From: Monocercomonoides exilis PA203
Taxonomy: Eukaryota; Protista; Preaxostyla
Direction: 5' to 3'
Length of the DNA: 64,000 nt
Assembly: GCA_001643675.2 (NCBI GenBank)
Contig: LSRY02000047.1
Span: 310,001-374,000 of the forward strand
Of this stretch, positions 11,730-20,409 are shown piece by piece. The notes beneath the pieces were generated by a model. That model made no database searches, was not told the DNA's origin, and saw only the letters and a list, made by a program, of their open reading frames with translations. Positions within the stretch are counted from its first letter, which is position 1. Every line of letters starts with the position of its first letter. Made by a program: the position numbers and the translations under genes.

Positions 11730-14700
11730 TCAAGATTCCGATTGCCCACAGCTTTCGTTGTTGTCACTTGCAACTTGTTCATCATCAGAATCTTCTTCAT
11801 CGATAATAGCATCTGAAATTGTGATCAGCACTGCATTTGCTGGGAAGCACTGGATAAAGTGACGCTTCAGATCGGCCAATGTGGGTCTGTCTTCAGAATT
11901 CCCTGAAGTGCACGAAATAACTGCTTGCAAATGCTTTGAGCGTTGAATTCCCTCCAAACTTGGTCTCTCTCCTTTCACAATCTTGTCTCCAGCTATTACT
12001 GCTTCATACTCCCCAAAGGGAATATTCAATGTCAGACACTCCCACGTCATCATCCCAATCGAAAATGAAACTGATTCCTTTGTTGCCTCCATTTTCTTGT
12101 TGATCACCAGTTCTGGTGCCTTCCATCTCATGCACTCTTTTTTGAATTCATACTCATCCTCAAACGCTGATGAAGGAAGGGAGTCATCATCATCATCGCT
12201 GGCGGAAGTCACAACAGTCGACGAGGAGATCGATGATGAATCTGAATCATCATTGGACAATAAATCAGAATGCATCACAATGCAGATCACCATGTGTTCG
12301 GAGAACAGCACAATGTGCGGACTCAGATTGGCAAGAGAAGAGAGCGGATTGTCCATTTCATCAAATGAGTGAAGAGCGAGATTAGCCACCCAGAACAGGA
12401 TCTGAGCAGCTGTCATCTCTCTTTCTTTCAAAGAGCCAATCGCCACCTCCTTCTTCTCGTTCCTTCCATGCAACAACATAAACAAAGAATCCCTCAGATC
12501 CACAATCAGCTTCTCGTGAGGAGACGAGCATGCCATTGCATCCACAAGGTTTGACATTGATGAGGTGGTTGGGCACAGTTCTTCCCCTCGGACAAAAGTT
12601 GATTCTGAATCTGTGGTTGAAGTGGATGAAATGGATGGTGATGGTGTTCTCTTCCTGAGCTCTTCTTCCTCCTCCTTTTCTAATGCCCAATCAGGGATCT
12701 TATCTGAGTCTTTTCCCAATATGTATTCAGTGGAGTCACTCTCAGATAGAAGATGCTCTGATGACTCTGAGTGTCCCAAGCTTTTCGCAAACACCCTCTT
12801 CTTGAACCTCTCCTCATTCTTCTTCTCAGCCTCCCTTTCGGCTCTCCTCCACTGCTCCTCTGGCGACATCTCCATCGTAACCATCTCAAACGCCTTTGGA
12901 TCCTTTTTGATGTTATCATTCACAATCTCTTCTAATTCTTCTGTCCTTATCTTCTGTTTTCTCCACCTAATAGCAAGAACAATTGAAACTATCAAAACTA
13001 TTAATAGTACAGCAGCCATTACAATCACAATCAACAACCAATAAGATTTTCCTTCTTTTCCTCCTTCAACAATTCTTTCATCCCCTTTTGGTTTGAGATC
13101 GCTTCTGTTCTTCACAACAAATGATTCGGTTGATGATGGCGAATCTTCATTTCCAAAAAGAATGCACACCGACACTTCTGTCTCCTCAGATGCTGTTATC
13201 ATTTTTGAGTCTTCCACTGTGCCTCGCACCTCACATTCTGAAATATATCCTCCCTCCAAAAACACATGCTTATCAATTTGTTTCGAGTCTCCTGTTGCAA
13301 ATACAACCTGGAATGACAAATTACAAGGCATAAGTTCACGCCCAAAAAACACAACCTCGCACTTCTTTTCTGTGCACTCAACCTTCACATCCTCCAAAAC
13401 TGGAATGAAAAGCAACGATTCTCTGTCTGTCACCACCCCTTCAACAACACACCCATCGTTCAGAATCCACAGCGATGCATTCGGCAACACTCCATCCCCT
13501 CCTTTCAGACTCATCACATTCAACTCCCCTGCTCCTGCGCACATCACATTCCTCCGAGCTGACCCATACCCTGGCACCTCCGGATTGTTGTTCCAAAACT
13601 CACTTTTTTCAATGGACACCACCCCTCCCCATATGGACATCCCTCCTTTCAGAGAATTCGCCACCTCTGAGTATTTCACACAAATCGTGCTGTTTATCGT
13701 GTCAAAAAGTGATCCATTCCACTTGCACAGTTCATCTCTCTTTCTTTCCTCTTCAATCTCTTCTTTCTCTGCCATTTTCTTTTCTCCCTCGAAAATGCAT
13801 GAGTCCAAATCAACCATTTTGCAGAAGGACACACAAAGCTCATCGCCTTTCTCTTTCTTCATTCTGTTCTCCTTCACAGTGCAGTTTGCAAATCTCATTG
13901 CTCCTCTGAATCCATTGCACATAATGACTGCCGATTCTGAGTGACTCGATGTGATGTTAGCATATTCAAAAACACTCATCATGGCAACTGGCTCGTTGTT
14001 CTCCTCTTCTTGCTCTCTTTCGGGTTTTGCTTCTTGAATATCAACAATGCTTCCATTCCTCAGCTCAACATTTTTCATCACCATTTTTTCAATCGACACC
14101 TCCCCTTTCACACCTTGCATCTCAAAAATCGATGCTTCAGCAATGATCCCTGAAATATTGATACCATCAAGGGCCATCTTGCATTCTCTTGATGCAAGAA
14201 AACTCCCACAAAGCACAGCATCAAAGCAGTTCAAACCCTGCATTCTCAAAGCAGATCCCTCTGAAAACACAAGAACAGACTTCTCAAATGTCAATCCTTC
14301 AATAACCACAGAATTCATCAAAACACTTCCACCAACACATTTCACAAGCGAAAATGGAATGCTCAACCTGTTGTCACTTCCCTCTTCACTCACTTTCATT
14401 CGCCCGAATGAACACGAGGCAACCGACAGTTCTCCATTTTCTTCGCACAACAGAACACTCGACTGCTTGCCAATCACCGACTGCTCAGAAAACACAACAC
14501 TCAACCCTTGAAGCATCACATCTCCGCTGCAGCTGATCACACTTTCTGCTTCGTCTTCTGCTCCAATCATCAGAATAACCATCCCTTCTCCTTTCCCTTT
14601 TCTCTGAAGCACAACATTCTCTGCTCGCATCCACCCTTCAATCGGCACACATCCCTCAATCAGTATCCTCCTGTCATAATCCCCCTGAACATGCTCATTC

Positions 14701-17700
14701 CCAACATCCACTGTTCGGCACGGGGCAGACACAGACCCACACATCCTTGTTTCATCAAACTTTGCGGATGACACATAAACAGTATCCGATCGGTAAAACA
14801 ATACATATCCAATCAGGTTGATATCCTCGTCCTCCTCCCCCAGCGTCGAGTCTCTCCCATACAGCGCATCTGTCCTGTTGAATACCCCTTCATCCATCCG
14901 GAACACAAACTGTCCCTCGTTGATCTGTTCCTTTATCAAATAGCAAACAACAAACACATCTCTCCCCTTCACAGCCATGTTGTTCCTAAACAGCGTGTTG
15001 TTCAGCAAAAACCCAAGCTCCCCCTCCCCATGGCAGTCCAAGAACAAAAACCCTCCTTTTCCTTTCACCGCACTGCACGATGTTCCATTCGAGTCTTTGA
15101 TCTCAAACTTCATCTCTCTTTCATATTCGCAATGCAGCACTCCTCCTTCTCTCTCTTCTGCAGAACTGCATCCTTCAAACGAGCTGTTCAGCACAACGAA
15201 AGAATACCCGCTCCTCAACACATGTGAGCCAACAATGCTGGGCTTTCTCTTTTCTTCCACTCCTGTCTGCTGAACAGAAGAGAAAATGCACCCTTCAATC
15301 CCAACTCCAAGCTCCTCTGCTCCATTCTGTTTGCCTCCATCTTCAATCTCCAATGCACATCCTTCCTCAAACTCCACTCTCATCACTTTTGTCCTGTTCA
15401 TTCCAAAATATGACGAACCACCACCAACAACAAATGCTGAAGCTCCCATCGTCAACTCATCAATCACACATCCGATTATTTCAACTTTGCCCGAGCTCTG
15501 CCGAATCAGATTAAAATTCATCCCTGATGCTCCACCCTGCTTTGCAAAATCACATCTCTCAACACACAGTTCGCTTTTCTGCTGATTCACTGCAAATAGC
15601 ACACTTTTCCTCTCTGAAAGAGCACTTCCAAGCGATATGCTCAGCATCCTCAACCTCCCTTTTCCACTCACAAGCACAGCATCTTCTCTGCTCCCACTCA
15701 TTTCACAGCTCACAACAAGAGCGGTCTTCTCATTTTCCAATCCCGATTCAATCTGGTGATCGTCAAGCTCCATTTCTTCCTTTATCCAGTTCTCATCCAT
15801 CAAATTGAGCGTTTTCTGGCTTCCTTCACTTTCACCGCTTAACAGCTGTCCCATCCCAAACCCAACTGTCCCACACATCACTCTGTTGTCTCCACATCCA
15901 ATCGCATCATATCCATCTACTGAAGATACCCATATTTCTGGTGCAAAATACTCAAACAAAAACAGACCCAAATTCACACCCTCACCAAAATGCTCATCAC
16001 TTCCCACAAACGCATTTTGTTCCTCCTTCCAAGTGCAGATCCAATCTCCAAAGTGCATCATGCTCACACTCGAATTCAGCTTGTCGCTCATCACAAACAC
16101 ATTCTTCCCCTGTTTCGCTTTGTTTGTGTCTCCAAATGCAATTGATGAAAAGAAATATTGCTCACCATCGCTTTTGCATTCAACAAACACTCCCCCTCCT
16201 TTCCCACTCTCTGAACTGCATCCACACCCTCCAAACTGTGAATCATTTACCACCTTCAGACTGCTGCCACATCCCATGCTCATTCCCAATGCTCCTCCCC
16301 TTTCTGACTTTGCTGATTTGCATCCCTCAAACACCACAGCATCCAGCTCAACAATCATTGTTGTCTGGACATTCGACGTTGTGTTCAGCACACACACACA
16401 GCCATTCATGTTTTCAACAGAAGAGATCGTGCAATTCTGCATCGATATCTTGCATTCACTTTGCGGAGATGAATAAGCGATGCACAGCATGCTCCCTCCT
16501 TCAACCTTCATGTTTCCCACAAGGCATTTCGTCATCTTCCATTCCCCAACACTCGACGAACAGGCAAACGGAGAACTTGCAAATGAGAGAACTCCCAGCT
16601 TCCCAATCACTTTCACACTCATCATTTCAACTCTGCCACCATCTGCCTTGAGAAGGCAAAACCCAACCTTCTGTTGAAATGTCAAGCTCAAAAATGAAAA
16701 GGAGCACATCTTTAGCACTCCATTTCGTGAATTCAGCAGCGACTCCACTCCTTCTGGAGATATGAACAAGCTCGGAAATAGCAAATCCACGCTTTCCCAT
16801 GTTGCATCTGCTTCACTCACCAGCACATCCTTTTCACTCCCGCTCAGTGATTCGCTCAACTCAATTCCAACTGTTTCCGAAGACCCAACCCCTTTCACAG
16901 ACACACCAGAAATATTCGACTGCTTTCCACAAACCCCATTTTCCTTCACAACAATTCTTCCATCTCCCTCAACAGAGCCCAAATGCTTCATGCCCTCATC
17001 CAGTGTTTTGCATGGGTACAGCACATGGCCACAATATGTTGCATCCTCTCCGCTCTGCCCAACATACACCTCTTTCCCCAAAAATCCTTCAAGAAACACA
17101 AACAGATCAACATCACATCCCCTTGCCACCTGGTGATCGCTCCCAAACAGCGAATTCTCTTTGTTCTCAATCGAGCTCCAAAACGGAAACATCAGCTGAG
17201 TGACACTCACCCGAAGATCCTCACACACAAAATAGATGTCTCGCCCACATGAAGCATTGTTTCTAGAAAACTGAAGTTCCATCATTCTTATCTCTGATCC
17301 GAGTGTTGCATCCAAATACATCCCACCCCCTCTGCCACTTTTTGTTTCATCATCAACCTCTGTCGATGCTTCGCATCCATCAAACGAAGTGCCATTCAGC
17401 AGAATCGCTTCCTTGTCAGCATCCACAGTGATTTTCATGCATCCGCCTTTTTTGCTCATTCTTCCCAAACATCCTTCAAAAACGCACTCAGAACATGATA
17501 TCATCCCCTTTGGCGCCAATCCATCAACAACACTCGGACAGTCACCGATTGACTCGATGCCAAAGATGTTGCACAGATTCATCTCCAGCAACCCTCCCTC
17601 CGAAAGAGACAAAAGAGGAACTGAAGAGCGCATTGATGTGCATTCCACGTTGTTCAGACTCATCTTTCCTCCTTTTGCCTCCAGAAGAGGAGCACTGAAG

Positions 17701-19814
17701 CTCAGCGATTCTGTTGCTTTTTCCCCTTCAATCCTCATATCATTCAAATCTATCCTCCCATCTCCAGTTGCTGTTTTCAACACAATCATTCTCTGCATTT
17801 CATGACGCTCCTCTTCACACACCCTCACAAAAGTCAGACTTTCCATTGCCAGTCGCCCCTCACTCACCAACCACAGGGCTTCTTTTCCATTCTCAAGAAG
17901 TTGCGAGCTGATTGTTGTGTCTGCTCTCCCTTTGCCCCTGATTCCAATCCTCTTCTCTCCCACCTCAATCGTTGTTCCCTCTTGTTCAAACCTTCCTCTC
18001 AGAAGATGAATGCTGCAATCCATCCAGTTCACAAATTGACTGGTGGCATATCCAATTGTCAGACATGCATCAGATTCACTTTTCCCGCACATGCTCTTGT
18101 TATCTGAACCAGATGTGCTCACATATCTTTCAATCAGAGTCTCACCAATCCAATCAGAAAAATCATGTGTCGAATTACTCACACTCTTTGAAGATTTCTC
18201 TGATGAGAAACAATTGAAAAGCAATTCCGAAGTCAAAGTGTATTCTGAATCACAAAAAAAATAAATATCAGTTCCAAATTCTGTGGAAGCAGTATTGTTG
18301 TGAAAATAGCAATAAGATAACCACGTTTTGGGAAGAACAAATCCTTTCCAAAGATATAATTCAATTGCCCCAGCATAACCACTATTTGCTCTGTTGTGCT
18401 GAAAGTCACATTCTTTCATTGAAAAAGGACTATTGCAACACTGAATAGAACCAGCTCCTCCAGCTTCTGCTGCCAAGCCATATTGAAAAGAGCATCTTTC
18501 AACCAGACTTCCTTCTTCATCATTTCTTTTTTGAGGAATGATACGTTCAGTTTGTTCTTTTTTTGGTGAAAATCCTGTGATATCTGATGAAAAAGAGCTT
18601 GAAGAGCTTGCGCAATGCCTGGAGGGCTCATTCGGGCAGACACATTCACAGCTTGTTGCCCCAATATATGTTGTCACAATGAGAGCATGATTTCCACTTG
18701 TTGATTTTCCGAATTCAAAATGGCAATCTCCAATATAGAATCCAGCTGAGATATTCAAAAACTCAGTTGTACCTCTATCAGAAGCTGAATTATCAGAGAA
18801 ATTTGATTTTTTGATATGCACGCACATAATGTTGAAGACAAATAATGCCCCAGCTTTTCCTGATGCTGTGCAATTCTTGAATTTGCAATCAACAATACAA
18901 AGAGCAAGTGATGGATGGTCGTTCGCTGTTATAGCTCCTCCTTTCACCCCTGAGCAACTTTCAAAATCTGTTGAGATGAAAGAAATAGAACTCGAAATGT
19001 CAGCATGAGTGGATGTATTGCGGGCATTCGAAGAATGGAAACATCGCACAAATGAGCAGTTGGTTGTGAAGAGCTGTGTTTGTTGGCTGTTCATGAGAGC
19101 AACAATTCCCCCATAGATCGCATCATCCACATAGCAAAATACACAGTTGCTCAGCATCGATGTGAAGGCATTTTCTGTGCAAATATTTGATTGTCTGTTT
19201 GTTACTGCAGTGGAGATGTTGAAGAAGAGTGTTTGTGTGAGCAAAACAGAAGAGATGCTTTCTGAGTGCAAAAATGGCCCTTGTTTCAGTTCAAAACACG
19301 AAAAAGCAGAATTCTCAACAATCAGATTCCCATCACCCACAGCCGACGAATGATCCTTCTGCGACCAAACAACTGGTAGAACTGAAATTGCGTGACAATC
19401 AGCGAAGCAAAACGATATGTCGCGCAAATGGATGTTCCCACCTTGGTGGCAAATCAGGCTTTTCTGTGAGCGTCCACAAAAAGTGATCTTGCAGTCATTC
19501 AGCACAAGCAAAGACTCTCCTTCCAGATGCACATGTTCTTGTTCTTTTGGAGTGAAACCCCCTTTTCTCACTTCCAGTGATGCATTCCTCAATTTAACGC
19601 TTGCTTTCATCTCGCTCCAATCAGAACTCTTGATACGCAATAAAAATGAGTTGCGCTCATTATTGCAAAAGTTTCCACTTGAATAGAGTGAATTGTGGTG
19701 ATTGATTTGCTCCAATAATCCAGGCGAGCTCAGCTGCTCATTCAACTGAAGGGAGTGTTGCTGCGCGATGCAATAAGACTGCACCAGATACAGCACAAAG
19801 CATTGCCATCTCAT
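11730..19814 (-). CDS. Large type I membrane receptor-like protein: Cys-rich pectin-lyase/Pmp-like beta-helix ectodomain, one TM helix, degenerate TK/TKL-like kinase tail (~2694 aa, intronless)
   Basis: Probable ATG at 19814 with hydrophobic leader MRWQCFVLYLVQSYCIA. Four V..GxD...CG.....C.T modules and many GG(A/G)(I/L/M/V) and FxxN motifs. TM YWLLIVIVMAAVLLIVLIVSIVLAI followed by RWRK. Kinase C-lobe motifs MRWKAPEL, FSIGMMTWECLTLNIPF, RPTLADL; no HRD or DFG. Confidence 0.85.
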   Translation of the reverse strand: MRWQCFVLYLVQSYCIAQQHSLQLNEQLSSPGLLEQINHHNSLYSSGNFCNNERNSFLLRIKSSDWSEMKASVKLRNASLEVRKGGFTPKEQEHVHLEGESLLVLNDCKITFCGRSQKSLICHQGGNIHLRDISFCFADCHAISVLPVVWSQKDHSSAVGDGNLIVENSAFSCFELKQGPFLHSESISSVLLTQTLFFNISTAVTNRQSNICTENAFTSMLSNCVFCYVDDAIYGGIVALMNSQQTQLFTTNCSFVRCFHSSNARNTSTHADISSSISFISTDFESCSGVKGGAITANDHPSLALCIVDCKFKNCTASGKAGALFVFNIMCVHIKKSNFSDNSASDRGTTEFLNISAGFYIGDCHFEFGKSTSGNHALIVTTYIGATSCECVCPNEPSRHCASSSSSFSSDITGFSPKKEQTERIIPQKRNDEEGSLVERCSFQYGLAAEAGGAGSIQCCNSPFSMKECDFQHNRANSGYAGAIELYLWKGFVLPKTWLSYCYFHNNTASTEFGTDIYFFCDSEYTLTSELLFNCFSSEKSSKSVSNSTHDFSDWIGETLIERYVSTSGSDNKSMCGKSESDACLTIGYATSQFVNWMDCSIHLLRGRFEQEGTTIEVGEKRIGIRGKGRADTTISSQLLENGKEALWLVSEGRLAMESLTFVRVCEEERHEMQRMIVLKTATGDGRIDLNDMRIEGEKATESLSFSAPLLEAKGGKMSLNNVECTSMRSSVPLLSLSEGGLLEMNLCNIFGIESIGDCPSVVDGLAPKGMISCSECVFEGCLGRMSKKGGCMKITVDADKEAILLNGTSFDGCEASTEVDDETKSGRGGGMYLDATLGSEIRMMELQFSRNNASCGRDIYFVCEDLRVSVTQLMFPFWSSIENKENSLFGSDHQVARGCDVDLFVFLEGFLGKEVYVGQSGEDATYCGHVLYPCKTLDEGMKHLGSVEGDGRIVVKENGVCGKQSNISGVSVKGVGSSETVGIELSESLSGSEKDVLVSEADATWESVDLLFPSLFISPEGVESLLNSRNGVLKMCSFSFLSLTFQQKVGFCLLKADGGRVEMMSVKVIGKLGVLSFASSPFACSSSVGEWKMTKCLVGNMKVEGGSMLCIAYSSPQSECKISMQNCTISSVENMNGCVCVLNTTSNVQTTMIVELDAVVFEGCKSAKSERGGALGMSMGCGSSLKVVNDSQFGGCGCSSESGKGGGVFVECKSDGEQYFFSSIAFGDTNKAKQGKNVFVMSDKLNSSVSMMHFGDWICTWKEEQNAFVGSDEHFGEGVNLGLFLFEYFAPEIWVSSVDGYDAIGCGDNRVMCGTVGFGMGQLLSGESEGSQKTLNLMDENWIKEEMELDDHQIESGLENEKTALVVSCEMSGSREDAVLVSGKGRLRMLSISLGSALSERKSVLFAVNQQKSELCVERCDFAKQGGASGMNFNLIRQSSGKVEIIGCVIDELTMGASAFVVGGGSSYFGMNRTKVMRVEFEEGCALEIEDGGKQNGAEELGVGIEGCIFSSVQQTGVEEKRKPSIVGSHVLRSGYSFVVLNSSFEGCSSAEEREGGVLHCEYEREMKFEIKDSNGTSCSAVKGKGGFLFLDCHGEGELGFLLNNTLFRNNMAVKGRDVFVVCYLIKEQINEGQFVFRMDEGVFNRTDALYGRDSTLGEEDEDINLIGYVLFYRSDTVYVSSAKFDETRMCGSVSAPCRTVDVGNEHVQGDYDRRILIEGCVPIEGWMRAENVVLQRKGKGEGMVILMIGAEDEAESVISCSGDVMLQGLSVVFSEQSVIGKQSSVLLCEENGELSVASCSFGRMKVSEEGSDNRLSIPFSLVKCVGGSVLMNSVVIEGLTFEKSVLVFSEGSALRMQGLNCFDAVLCGSFLASRECKMALDGINISGIIAEASIFEMQGVKGEVSIEKMVMKNVELRNGSIVDIQEAKPEREQEEENNEPVAMMSVFEYANITSSHSESAVIMCNGFRGAMRFANCTVKENRMKKEKGDELCVSFCKMVDLDSCIFEGEKKMAEKEEIEEERKRDELCKWNGSLFDTINSTICVKYSEVANSLKGGMSIWGGVVSIEKSEFWNNNPEVPGYGSARRNVMCAGAGELNVMSLKGGDGVLPNASLWILNDGCVVEGVVTDRESLLFIPVLEDVKVECTEKKCEVVFFGRELMPCNLSFQVVFATGDSKQIDKHVFLEGGYISECEVRGTVEDSKMITASEETEVSVCILFGNEDSPSSTESFVVKNRSDLKPKGDERIVEGGKEGKSYWLLIVIVMAAVLLIVLIVSIVLAIRWRKQKIRTEELEEIVNDNIKKDPKAFEMVTMEMSPEEQWRRAEREAEKKNEERFKKRVFAKSLGHSESSEHLLSESDSTEYILGKDSDKIPDWALEKEEEEELRKRTPSPSISSTSTTDSESTFVRGEELCPTTSSMSNLVDAMACSSPHEKLIVDLRDSLFMLLHGRNEKKEVAIGSLKEREMTAAQILFWVANLALHSFDEMDNPLSSLANLSPHIVLFSEHMVICIVMHSDLLSNDDSDSSSISSSTVVTSASDDDDDSLPSSAFEDEYEFKKECMRWKAPELVINKKMEATKESVSFSIGMMTWECLTLNIPFGEYEAVIAGDKIVKGERPSLEGIQRSKHLQAVISCTSGNSEDRPTLADLKRHFIQCFPANAVLITISDAIIDEEDSDDEQVASDNNESCGQSES

Positions 19815-20409
19815 GCGAACTTTCAAAATCAAGATTCTTCAGCTGAAAAACTGAAACGGGTCTGATCAACATTTGAAAGCATTAATTATACATTCAGTTG
19901 AGCTTGATTGCAAATTTTCTAATTTCAATGTGATAAAAATCGAAAAATGTAGATTTGGAAATGTCATTCCACGTCCAAGCGAAATCTTTCCAAAAATAAG
20001 TGTGCTCATTATATTTCTTCAACTTCTCATTTTTTTTCAATTTCAAAGTTCTTTAAAGCAAAAATTCCAGAATAAAATGAAGCGATTTTAAAAGCTGTTG
20101 AATAAATCATAAAAAAAAAAGGAAGCAAACAATTATTCATTCCAATAATGATAAGAATATCAATGTATTCCGGTATTTCTTTTATATCTCTGCCTTTTAA
20201 AAGGAAAACTCTGTCAAATCTTCTTCGCCAATCTCAAATGCCATCTCCAGAGGTTTTGCACAATCATCTTATAAAATACTTTGGTTGATTTTTCATCGCT
20301 TCTTTTTCTGATTACATCTCCAAATACGTGAGAATTCTTTGCCAAACAGCGATGTCATTCATTGGTTTCTTCCATTTTTTTTTCCTTATGAATTCCTTTT
20401 TTCCCCCTT

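Noticed and set aside
11983-19686. Many plus-strand ORFs opposite the 2700-aa receptor (likewise opposite the 7036-aa and 1876-aa ORFs)
   Set aside because: Expected antisense open frames with no independent motifs.
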